DNA from: Octopus vulgaris
Taxonomy: Eukaryota
Assembly: GCA_951406725.2 (NCBI GenBank)
Contig: OX597814.1
Location: 183,644,001 to 183,708,000, forward strand
DNA: 64,000 bases
Direction: 5' to 3'
The position numbers and the translations under genes were made by a program. The notes under the pieces are model-generated. The model worked only from the letters and a program-made list of their open reading frames with translations, searched no databases and was not told the origin of the DNA. Numbering within the stretch: the first letter of the stretch is position 1; every line of letters begins with the position of its first letter. Below are positions 1-11,563 of this stretch, piece after piece.

Positions 1-600
1 AGTGCAGTTAAACGCACCAAAAGTACCAAGAGGTGTGGAGTGACGGGTGGGTCGGAGCTGGTTAAATAGTGGAGGTACGAAACCAGTTACCTTCGAGGAG
101 CTCATTTGTTGCTCATTATGAGTTCACACCGCCTCGGATCGGGTGAATAAAGGAGTTAACCCCTTGAATCTTATTGATCAAAGCAATTGCAATAAGTAGC
201 CGTTTAGAGTCATTCAGGATGGTTGAATATTTTGTAAAATTAATTTCTTTTCCAAGTATATTAATAGCCTTAAGCGGCTCTAAGTACCTATCCTGGGAAT
301 CGAACGGAAATAACAGGCTTGATAAGCTCTAAGCATCTTCTCCCCCGCGTCCTCTGAGTATTAGGTAAGAGTTTATCGTTTCATGCCACACTATTTTTAG
401 TGATGCGTATAGTTACCGTTGCCGACGTTAGACAAGGTAAAATATTTCCTGCGTGTTTCGGATGAAATTGTGTAGATAAATGAATGCCAAGCGCAATAGC
501 AATGCATAATAATTTACTTGTAGAAGCTAGAACTAAGGGAGCGGAACAGACAAAGCAAATATGAAAAGATGTTCTGCTTAGGATAAGATTCACGCGTGTC

Positions 601-1284
601 TATATGCACGCACCCGCGCACACATATACATACATATGTATGTGTTAATGTTTATCCATAAATATGTGTGTGTGCGTGTCTTTGTATCTGTGGATGCTTT
701 ATGTGTTTTTGCGAATGTATGTGTGTGTCTTCGTGTATCTGTAACTGCGTTTGCGCCTAGGTGTATGCGTATGTGTATGTATGTGTGTGTGTGTGTGTGT
801 TTTTATTTAAGATGACATTAAGAAATTAGGGTGGCAAGGTCATCGGTGTAACACTAAAAGGTTAAATGCGGTATAAATTCCTAAATAATTGTTGATGTAC
901 AGAGATAAATATATTTAGACGCACATACATATATGTAACCATGTATGTACGTCTGTTTCAACTTACATATATCTATATGTGTGTGTGTGTTTCTCTCTGT
1001 GTCTCTGTGTACGTGTGTTTTTGCATAAATTTATATATATATATACACATATATACACATATATACACATATATATACACATATATACACACACATATAT
1101 ATATAGGTGTGTGTGTCTGTATGTTAGTGTTTGTGTTTACGTGTGGGTGTACGTGTGCGTGTGTACATGTATCTACCACCACATTCATGAATATAACTAA
1201 TGCACACACACACACACACAAACACACTCATATATATGCATTTGTTATATTCGTGTATGTAGTGGTGGGTATATGTACACACAT

Positions 1285-1331
<47 letters not shown>

Positions 1332-1615
1332 AATACACTCATGCACATATACAGACACAACACACACAAACACACATACATATATGTATATATATATAGG
1401 CATTTATGCATACACTCATGAGCACATACAGACACAACATACACACGCACACACTAACTCACGCATATGTATGTATGTATGAGCACACACACACACATAT
1501 ATATATATATATACATATACATACATATATATAGACATATACATATATACATACGTACATAACCTTATATATAGTTATTTATACACACATATACGTATGT
1601 ATATGTGTATGTATC

Positions 1616-1652
<37 letters not shown>

Positions 1653-1690
1653 GCATATACGTATGCACGTACACACACACATGTACACAG
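601..1690. repeat. Compound (TA)n/(CA)n/(TACA)n microsatellite field
   Basis: Dinucleotide and tetranucleotide runs are directly visible and explain the YI/HT/CV-rich ORFs in the track. Confidence 0.95.
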
Positions 1691-2399
1691 TCCCTTATTT
1701 CCTGTGCCTTTTAATCCACCGATCTCCACTTCCCATGCCACCGACGACTACAAGCACTCATGGCTATTTTCACAAGCATACAACAATGTTCAGAAAAATG
1801 TAGCTCGACACTCGACAGATATGAAGAATTCTTCTGAAGTGATTTAGCAGTTTCATAATACATTCAGATCTTTATCTTTGTATCCGGATATTTCGAAGAG
1901 TGGGAGAAAATGCTTCATACAAAAATCTTTTACGCGATCAACCTTTCTGGGAAAGAAACTAAAGAAATAGAATTCGAAAATTATGTAGGAGGCGGAAACA
2001 GTAGATTTCAAGACAAAAGGACGTTCAATATTTTGTCTCTACTCATTCTCTATTGTCTCAACTCTCAACAGGAAAAAAAGTCATGAAATGGAGTCGGTCT
2101 CACCGATATTTTCTTGGTTAATGAGGGAGAAGTGAAAATACGTGACTTGTGGCGATTTTATGACCTCTCAAATGGATGAGATCAATACAGTTGTTGTTTA
2201 GCTCAACCGTCTGCAGCTTTATGACTATAGAAAAACGAAAGTGTCAAAGCAATTCCAGCTAACTAATAAAGAATGATTCAGAAAAATGGTTAATGCGGAA
2301 TTTGGTCCTGTATGTGAAGAAGAGAAGCACGTGTGTTAAGTGGGCCTAAATGAATAAAGAATATAGCTCTCCGAAGTTGAATTTCAACATATATTGTAC

Positions 2400-2790
2400 T
2401 GTTTATAAAAAATACAAAATGGGACAAGAACGCAAAGCATCTAAACAGACGATACAAAAAACACGGACAGGTCATTCGAAGCCTTTAATCTTCAGTCAAG
2501 AACCGGATCATCCTCGCAATTTCGGCTGATTAATCTTGAGATTGCTCCAGCCTGGCCAGCCCCAAGGAGAAACTAAGCTAACAGCATTAGCTTCCTCGGA
2601 AAAAGGATCGAATGTGTACGAAACAAGGACAGAAAAACGGACGATGTTACACGAATATAAATGCAAAAAAAACACAAAAAATAATACGAATATAAATGCA
2701 AAAAAACAATAATAATAATAATAGCAGGACACAACAATAGGCGTCTTTCGACTGTTTAATCAGTGCTCTTGTTACAATATAAACCTCTTA
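2400..2790 (-). mobile_element. Probable PLE pseudo-LTR-like non-coding fragment
   Basis: The minus strand has a decayed hammerhead-like segment near 2735-2775 (stem ACTG/CAGT followed by GAAA, core lost) and a T-rich 3' end like the other inserts. The family call is inference. Confidence 0.35.
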
Positions 2791-5449
2791 GTGGAAACCG
2801 ATTGCTTCAGTGCCTGAGATGTGTGAAAACATGACTCTGATGTTATCCACGTATACAGATCCCATTATTCTGTGTTTTAGTGTCAGAAGAATGCATTTTA
2901 GTTTCGAACTGTTTCTGTACTAAGTGCTGACGGCATAAAATGCTTAGAAGAAAGGTCATCGTCATCAGACCAGACGTGAGTTGTTAGACGTCTCCATAGG
3001 TAGCAATTTACCCTGGCCACCATATAAACAATACGGGAAAATGAGAAGACTTAACCTTTAACAATATGACCGTAATCAGCGGTGCATAGAACAACTATCG
3101 GGAACTGATGTATAGCCCTGTCACACGTTACAGTCTGATCTAAACTGATCAACATTCTACGGCACTAAAGCCCGATCTAGTGCCATAATGCATGAAATAT
3201 ATCTCACCCTGCACATATATTCCTGGAATCGCACACGTTTGCGCGGATCTGCACGTAGAATTTAGAGTAAAAACCAGCCTCTCTGTTAACATCTTGGTCA
3301 TATGATTTACTCTGCATTGAAAATTGTAATGGAATTAAAACCATCAGAGTACACACGGCGGCTAAACTAATAGAACTATCCTTACTACTCCTGTCCTAGA
3401 ATACCAAACTAGTGTTTACGTCCAGAAATATGAGACCTGGTCTCTGGGTCGATGAATTTCAGGAGCAACATCGTTAATCTATACTATCCGTATAATCAGA
3501 TGTAATACGACGAAACGTCCATAAAGTGTGTGAATTCACCGTGAACGACTCTTTTAATAACAAGAGTCACTGATAACTAAAAAAAGTCTATCTTTAGTGA
3601 ATTAATGTTATTCAACAAGGAATCTTGCTTCCAGACACTCCCAAATACACTCAGTATTTTGAGAGAACTACCTTTCCATGTTTGATATATGTTTAAGACA
3701 TCCATGATCAAGCAAAGTGAGTAAAACGTAACTGGAAATTGGATTTTAATTTTTAAGAGGTCGGTGTGTTGCTCCAGCATGGAACTGTCAAATATCAGCG
3801 ACAAGAAATTCTTTTATGATCGCTTTATCCAGTTTATCTAATTTCGTTTTTTGTTTTATGACAGAGATTTACATTTGCCTTCTCTATCAGCATAATGTTT
3901 CTTTCCAATATTTTGAATGATAATTGGGCCAACTGGGGAACCTCTTTACGGTCACTGGAATTGCTAGAAACAGCAGGGTAAATTCTCAACTTATATTTTA
4001 CTGCTTTGAAAACTTTGAGAACATATTGGAAATTATCGTTATTGGTTTACTTTGATGTAGACGGGAAGGTGTTTCACGTGACCGTTTCATAACTTCGAGA
4101 TTGGTGAGATGGTTACTATCAATGTTTAGTATGCACATCCAAAATGGTAGAGAGGGAATTCCAGCGGATTAAAATTCTGCAAAAAAAAAAAAAAAAAGGA
4201 TTGACAATGAGTGACCAGAAGGTAAAAGACGGGTTGTGTCGAATTACTGTTTCTTCGATCAGTCTCAGGATGTGAGTAAGTGCATAAGTGTTACCCTCCC
4301 AGATATCGGTTAACTACTCCTTTATAGAAAGCCTGCAACTGATCAAAGATGTCATATGTTATAGTTCTGATGAAGAAGGCTATTATTTATCAATGACAAT
4401 GCAACATCCTGTAGAGAGTATTATCTCTGTGTTTTTACTTGTATACAGCTGCACTGTTAAACTTTAGGAATCATGAATGTTGAGTTCTGTTTCAAACGTT
4501 CATGCACGGATTTAACAAACCTTTATTTTGTTTTCTCAATATTCTCTACATTAATACTATCATGTTGTCTTACAGGGCATTTCCTTTTTGTTTTCTCTGT
4601 TATTTATACGATGTCTACATTCGTATTGGTGATTAATTCCTGATCAGCTTTAGTTGAACATACTTAGGATAAAATGTAATCCAGCCGTTACAACTCCATC
4701 TTTTCTCACACACTTTGCCTGTGGTTACAGCATCCAATATTTTCTTTCTCTTTATGTAATTATTAAGTTCTTTGAGTGAGGATAGAGGACTTAGCTGTAA
4801 TTTCTAACAGTCTGAGCAACCGTTGGCCCGAAAAGATTACAGTTTCTCTGGGATTTGATGCGAGAATCTCTTGCATCCAAAGACAATCACATATCCGGAT
4901 CAACAAATCACACTCTAGTAATACGATTTCATTATTTTCTTATCTAAAACAATATTTTTTACATTTAAATTTTCAATTTCGCACGTATTATAATCTAAAG
5001 AATGAATGGTACTAAGATCCCCCATGGGAATCAACTTCCTCTATTCACACAATAACAACATTCTGAAGACAAAATATATGAAAATAAACAGCAATATTTA
5101 ACTCCCTGATGGAGTTTAGATTATGTTAGTAAACCTCAACTACTATACGGTCCAAATGGGAGGAATTTGAAAACAAGTTTTGCTCGATAAAATGCAAATA
5201 ACTATAATAATGCGCCATGTAATAATTTAAAGCAACTTACTCAGCAGATACTATTCACCATTAAACACAAAACAGAAGTCACGCAACTGATTTGAAATAT
5301 AATCACTACGCAAAGAAATTATGTAACGCTTATAATCACATTTTCTACATGATAAACTGTTGGGGCATTATAGTAATGTTAGAATTACATAAGCCCCACA
5401 ACAATGAAAACATATGTCATATTTGAAGATAATCCTAAATTATCATAGT

Positions 5450-5830
5450 TACCAGGGGAAAAAACTGCCGACTCTGCTTGATGAAAGGAGAGTGAAAGGG
5501 CGGACTGTCTCCTAGACGGACACCGCCGAATGCCAGGTTCGTTCCACACCTACTGTTGTTGCTGCTTAACTTAGATTCTCTGGTCAGTAATACTCCGGTA
5601 CTAGCGAGTGCATGAAAGAATGCTTCCATCGCTCTAGCACATCGCTGAGAGACCCGCCTCACAATATTTTTGTAAATGAAGAGTTTCTTGAGAACCAGAT
5701 CATATGCTTCTGGAAATTTTCTATAGTAGTGTCCGTTCCAAAGTCCTTCGGAATTGACCAGTCAGTTCGTACTCATCGACACATAGAGTTTCTCCGGGGA
5801 CCTCGTCGCTTTTCCGTCCACTAATCGCAC
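5450..5830 (-). pseudogene. Decayed Tx1/L1-clade ORF2 C-terminal remnant
   Basis: The minus strand reads ...NFQKH..W...VSQRCARAMEAFFHAL across frameshifts, resembling the C-x2-C...E...HAL..C zinc motif at the end of Tx1 ORF2. Confidence 0.45.
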
Positions 5831-5889
5831 TATAGATTGGTAACTCGGAACCCCAGTACACAACTAGTAAAAAGCGATGAAGGGTTGAC

Positions 5890-6095
5890 AATATACGAAA
5901 TTTCAGGCGCTCAATTGTACCAAATAACGAAAATGAAAAGAAGTTTATATCGGACTATTTGAAAGTGGCTTCAAACAAAGATATGCCAAACACCACTCTA
6001 CTTTCTGACATGAAGACAAGAAGAAAACCCACCAAGCCTGCTAACTACATCTAGGACCGAAAGGACAAAAATACCTAACCCATTATCTAAGAACT
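5890..6095 (+). pseudogene. PLE GIY-YIG endonuclease remnant (Naiad-like)
   Basis: The frame from 5943 reads VYIGLFESGFKQRYAKHHSTF*HEDKKK, then after a shift TKPANYI*DRKDKN. This matches the YIG...FK.RY..H..SF...T.L..YIW.LK pattern of PLE endonucleases. Confidence 0.7.
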
Positions 6096-6436
6096 CTACA
6101 GATATACTATCGAACTGGAGAACGCTACCCTCTCAGATTAGGCATCCAGCCTCATTAACGCTATCCTTTCCCCGTCAGATTAAACCCTGCTAACAATTTT
6201 TAATTCACGTATGTATATATATTCTTTTATCCTTTTATTCGCTTCAGTCATTTTGAATGCGGCCATGATGTAGTACCGCCTATAGTCGAGCAAATCGACC
6301 CTGGACTTATTCTTTGTCAGCCTAGTACTTATTCTATCGTTTTCTTATGCCGAACGGCTAAGTTACGGGGACGTAAACACACCAGTATCGATGTCAAGCG
6401 ATGTTGGGGGACACACACACAGAAACATATACACAC

Positions 6437-6500
<64 letters not shown>

Positions 6501-6628
6501 GACGGGCTTCTTTCAGTTTCCGTCTACCAAAACCTTGATCGGCCCGACGCTATAGTAGAAGACACTTGCACAAGGTGCCACGTAGTGGGACTGAACCTGG
6601 AACCATGTTGTTGGTTAGCAAGCTACTT

Positions 6629-8607
6629 TTATTCATTAAATTTGCCATGAAGGCAGTACATAGATGTAGCTTCGCAGGCTGGACGTAGACAATGATGGTA
6701 TGAATGATGGTGATGGGAGAGGACGAAAGCGCCCGCCGACTTCCGCTTCCCTAAGACAATGTTCTTTTTTCAAAAAGTCAAAAAGTCACAAAATTTCACA
6801 AAAGTCACAATGAGGCAATGAACCTCTTTCTCAATATGATACAATTTTTTCTTTTTAAAACATTCAAAAATTCAAGTCACCCGGCCGACCAGCGCTCTTG
6901 CTTTATCGAGGCAATCATCCTTTGTCGGGACGCGCCATGCAGGTATATATTGAAAGGAGTCCTCCGGGAAGGAATCCACGATCCTGCACAGATCGCTATC
7001 CCATAGGACCTCCACAGCCACCTGCGAAGGCCACTCAGAGTCCTCCGTGCAGGACCGAAGTCCCTCCCATTGGCCTCTCCCTTCCATTTTACCTATCTCG
7101 TTTTCAAGCGTTCCTTGAAGACCACATATTGATCCTCCGGCAGCACATCCGCCTGAGGAGGCTTGGGAGACGCCGTCTGCGTGTTACAATCCGCCGGCGG
7201 CGTCCCGTTTCTCTTTCTTCTTTTTTCCCCTTTTTTTCCCTGGGCCGCGGGAGGGTGAGGTTCCTGTGTTGCACACAACGGGTCCTCTTTTCTCCCGCAG
7301 CTCCCGGGTCTTTCGGTGGGTCACCATTGTTGCCCATCTTTCTTTTCTTTTTTGAGGATGTAGCAATTTCCTCGTTCTGTTTCTCTCCCTCCATTGGGGG
7401 AGCAGGGAGAGACTCCAACACTAACCGCTCCAGGATCCTACTTTGGTCCCTGGGGCAGTTCTTCTTAATGTGGCCGGTCTCCAGGCACAGGTGACACTTG
7501 GGGGGGGGGGGGCGTCCCTCAAGCATCACCGGATACTTGGACCCGCCCATCCTCAAGAAATCTGTAAAAAACCAGACTTTTGGCTGATTGGGTCCATAGG
7601 GTCAAAACAACTTTCGACCCCACTCCCACCCCAATCAGCCGCAGGAAACATTTTTACATTTAGCAGCTTGGCACTGCTACCACCCAGACCCCGGCGGATA
7701 GAGTCCTTTATCCACTCGGGCTCAACTCCGGGTGGTAGGCCGCAGATCCAAGCCCTCAATAGTTTTTCTCCCATATAGTTTGGGAGAAACAATATTTCTT
7801 TGCCCTCAAGGGGCTGGCTTGCAAAGTCGCAAGCTTCCTTTGGGGAGTCAAATAGCAACCAGATCGTTGCGTATTTCACTCCCCGCAAGATAAATTTAAC
7901 GGCTGGCATGTAGTCCGCCAGCTCGTTTAAAATTGTGGCCTTCGGGAAGACAGCTATGGTGTCGAGCGACTTCGAATAAGTCCTCAACACTACGGTCTTC
8001 CTTTCCAGCTCTTTTAAATATTTTTTGGAGGTGTTAGGTCCCACACAATAAATTCCTTTGCCATTTCGAAACGGAATCCAATTAAAGTTCAAAAGTGTAA
8101 GAAAATAAATAAGATACAAAGAGGGAGAGGGGAAAACACAACAGAAGAGAAGAATTACAATAAAAATAACAGTTCAAAAGAGTTCTTTTTAAAATAAACG
8201 ATAGCTGGAAGAAGAGAGTTCAAATTCAGCAAAGGAATTAATTTTTTTTGGGGGGCCGAAAAGGTACTCCTGGCCAAACGTCCAAAAGAGTCCTTGGTTA
8301 TCCTTGGAACTTCTTGGTAAATCCAACACAAAGGCAATTAATTTTTGAGGAGGGGCTACGCCTCCTCAAAAACACAATTCTCACTGCAAAGTGAGTCTTT
8401 ACGCTCGACCACAGGCAGGAAAAATGTCCGGAGCAGAGTGGAGTCTATTACTCTCCAAAAAATAATAAATACAGAGCAATAAACTTCACTAAGCCCCTAA
8501 AAAAATTCAACAAACGCCTACCTGTAGTCGAGTCTCAAAATTCAATAATTCATGCCGAAAGACATGACATCCTGCAGCAGCCAAAAAACACGTCCGAACA
8601 CGTCGAA
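6629..8607 (-). mobile_element. ORF1-only Tx1/L1-like non-LTR retroelement
   Basis: Perfect 16-bp TSD GGTTAGCAAGCTACTT (6613-6628 and 8608-8623). The 3' end is TGCCTTCATGGCA hairpin + AATGAATAAAA, and the 5' end is TTCGACGTGTTCGGACGTG. It holds a single gag-like ORF with no room for RT or EN. Confidence 0.85.
6872..8064 (-). pseudogene. Frameshifted LINE ORF1 (RRM-like segments + CCHC zinc knuckle + basic low-complexity tail)
   Basis: Track ORFs 7553-8119, 7104-7556, 7093-7278 and 6872-7087 tile one reading. Motifs are IWLLFDSPKEA, WICGLPPGV and CHLCLETGHIKKNC (C-x2-C-x4-H-x4-C). The likely start is ATG at 8064 (MAKEFIVWDL), followed by a shift in an A-run. Confidence 0.75.
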
Positions 8608-9119
8608 GGTTAGCAAGCTACTTACCACACAGCCACTCCTGCGCCTATGTATACAAAGTTAACACTACTCCCATTTAACGGATCGAATGAGTACTTCACT
8701 TTTCCTTCCAAGCTCCTATTCTCTCGATTTTATCTTGTTTTCGATTCTGTTGTTTCTGTTTGCTTCTTGGTTTTTTCTCAATGAACAGCCATAGTTATTT
8801 TTTGTCTGAACGAACGCAGGATGGTATAAGGCACGATATACAAGCATGTCCGATAGTTCTACTAACTGAGCATGAAACTTAGATTAGTTCACTGTTAAAA
8901 ACTGAGTTTATCAAAGGATGCTTATCTTTTCTCTGGATGCAGCAAATTTTCACTGATCCTAGCAATAATGGAGCAAGAATACTCGCACACACAGACACAC
9001 ACAGACACAGACAGACACACACACACACACACACATGAACGCGCATAAACAAACCCGCACTCCCACCCACGCACGCCCACTCCCCCGCAAGGCCCCACGC
9101 ACACATATGTACACATATA

Positions 9120-9189
<70 letters not shown>

Positions 9190-9893
9190 GAGGATAATAT
9201 CGATATTTAAGTATCCATATTATCTAGTGGCCAGCATGGGAAAAATACCGTACAAAGGTAATAATTTTTAACAATTAAAAATGAGGGTGTCTAAGAGACA
9301 CCAACATGCCGAAATAGCAGTCGAAACTCTGACTATAAAAACCACGTTAAGGGTTCGTGTCGCACCATGAGATAAGACAGATAGACAAAATATACAAGCA
9401 AAAATTATTGAATAATTCAAGATCCAGAATTTATGGTTTTGCTTTAAATAAGCTTTACCGTCATCGGTTGAATATATCAAGAGTACATAAATACAGATAT
9501 ATACATGCAGAACAAACGATATACTTACATATACGAACGTCCATACATAAATACATATGCACGTATGCACGCGGCCAGTTAAATTACCCGCCGAATCATC
9601 CCAAAGTACGACACGGTTAAAATAAACACCGCAGTGAAAATAATAACGAATTATATATATTTATATATGAGGATAATATCGATATTTAAGTATCCATATT
9701 ATCTAGTGGCCAGCATGGGAAAAATACCGTACAAAGGTAATATTTTTTAACAATTAAAAATGAGGGTGTCTAAGAGGCACCAACATGCCGAAATAGCAGT
9801 CGAAACTCTGACTATAAAAACCACGTTAAGGGTTCGTGTCGCACCATGAGATAAGACAGATAGACAAAATATACAAGCAAAAATTATTGAATA

Positions 9894-9952
9894 ATTCAAG
9901 ATCCAGGATTTCTGGTTTTGCTTTAAATAAGCTTTACCGTCATCGGTTGAAT
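9894..9952 (-). ncRNA. Type I hammerhead ribozyme motif (copy B)
   Basis: Reverse complement of the 10175-10233 motif. Confidence 0.65.
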
Positions 9953-10174
9953 ATATCAAGAGTACATAAATACAGATATATACGTGCAGAACATACATTC
10001 GTTATTATTTTCACTGCGGTGTTTATTTTAACCGTGTCGTACTTTGGGATGATTCGGCGGGTAATTTAACTGGCCGCGTGCATACGTGCATATGTATTTA
10101 TGTATGGACGTTCGTATATGTAGGTATATCGTTTGTTCTGCATGTATATATCTGTATTTATGTACTCTTGATAT

Positions 10175-10233
10175 ATTCAACCGATGACGGTAAAGCTTAT
10201 TTAAAGCAAAACCAGAAATCCTGGATCTTGAAT
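10175..10233 (+). ncRNA. Type I hammerhead ribozyme motif (copy C), CCGAUGA core
   Basis: Stem I ATTCAA/TTGAAT; core CCGATGA (10181-10187); stem II GGT/ACC plus GCTT/AAGC; GAAA (10215-10218); stem III TCC-T-GGA; cleavage triplet AUC ending at 10227. Confidence 0.7.
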
Positions 10234-10367
10234 TATTCAATAATTTTTGCTTGTATATTTTGTCTATCTGTCTTATCTCATGGTGCGACACGAACCCTTA
10301 ACGTGGTTTTTATAGTCAGAGTTTCGACTGCTATTTCGGCATGTTGGTGTCTCTTAGACACCCTCAT

Positions 10368-10443
<76 letters not shown>

Positions 10444-10569
10444 GTTTATATACGTACACACACACACATACACACAAATATATATCTGAAATTTACAGAA
10501 AAACAAAAGAGAAAGACAGGTATATAAAGACATAATGAGAATCAAAACGCCACAAAGTTCGATGAAATA

Positions 10570-11060
10570 TATGGAATGATGGGACTTGATTATTGGACTC
10601 CACTTAAATAGCTGAAGCTCCATTCTCTGCAACGCAACCGTAAGCGATACATTATTTGCACCATGTGGAAAATATTCAACCAATATTATCCAAATGATAC
10701 TGGCATTATGTTTATAATTCACCCAAGACTATGCCTCCATGCAATGCGTCCCCTACAAAGATCGAGATCACATCCCATAAGAATATTGCGACACAATTTC
10801 TTCACTGCAATGGTCCTGCTCTGTTCAATGTTATCCCAAAAGAAATTAGAGTAGAAAAATACCCCAAAACTTTCAAACGGTACCTGGACAAATTCCTCCA
10901 GAAAATACCGGATACACTACCTACATCTGGATACGTCTCAACCAACAACAACTCTCTGCTCAAGTGGTCCATTGTGTCCCGAAATAATTAACTAAAGGAC
11001 TTTTCCAGGTGGGGCTATTGAGTTATTCATGGCCTGGGCCGATAATGGCTGAAACCATTC
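10570..11060 (+). mobile_element. CR1-group LINE 3' fragment (ORF2 C-terminus + 3' UTR)
   Basis: Reads GLDYWTPLK*LKLHSLQRNRKRYIICTMWKIF and GPALFNVIPKEIR...FKRYLDKFLQKIPD...NNSL, typical of CR1/L2/Crack-type ORF2 ends. Confidence 0.8.
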
Positions 11061-11563
11061 TACGCTATCTAGGTTACAGACATGCATAATTTCCTCATCT
11101 CTTCAGATGATAGCCGCCTAACATTAAATCTGATGATTTTGATTTGCTATGGCGATGGATATCCATCGCCATGATACTTCATATAATACAAAACGGATCA
11201 ACAAATGAAACGATAGGGAGACATTTGTACATCAGTGGATTTAAGAGAGAAAAGATTTTCAGCAGTTTTGGCACTCACTACGCCGACATACTAGATTCCA
11301 CTGACAAGTACTGGAAGATAACTGGTACTATTTTGTGTGGAAGTTTTATGTCAGAAGATCTTTCTCCTGGGCATAACGGCGTCTCCTCTACCCCTGGCAA
11401 ATCTGTTTAATCCAAAGGTTCAGGAATAATGTAATTAGAGGGCTACTACATGCTTCCCACCCCTCTCTGATCCCCAAATTGCAGCCGCATCACCGAGTGC
11501 AATTCAGTGTCACATATGCATGTATGCATACTGATATGCATACTGGTATGTGTACATACATAC

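Larger units (their letters stand above)
6223..8645 (-). mobile_element. tRNA-derived CORE-type SINE (family 1), split by a 2-kb insertion (pieces 6223-6628 and 8608-8645)
   Basis: Co-linear with the intact copies at 51805-52205 and 56464-56889. It has A-box TGGCTGTGTGG, B-box GGTTCAGTCCC and a CORE-like ACCTTG(G/T)GCAAGTG. Confidence 0.9.
9173..10371. mobile_element. Non-coding PLE/retrozyme-like insert: tandem copies (9173-9651, 9652-9993) plus an inverted copy (9997-10371)
   Basis: Three near-identical but distinguishable copies, flanked by (TA)n on both sides, each with a hammerhead motif. Tandem plus inverted pseudo-LTRs are typical of PLEs. Confidence 0.8.

Noticed and set aside
115-330. 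~70-codon stop-free minus frame (RYLEPLKAINILGKEINFTKY...)
   Set aside because: No start, splice support or recognisable motif. It could be a decayed TE ORF but cannot be supported.
6898-7494. 198-aa plus-strand ORF
   Set aside because: It is the antisense shadow of the GC-rich ORF1 on the minus strand.
9173-10371. Assembly artefact as the explanation for the triple repeat
   Set aside because: The copies differ at several positions (e.g. CCAGAATTTATGG vs CCAGGATTTCTGG), and the layout matches PLE biology.
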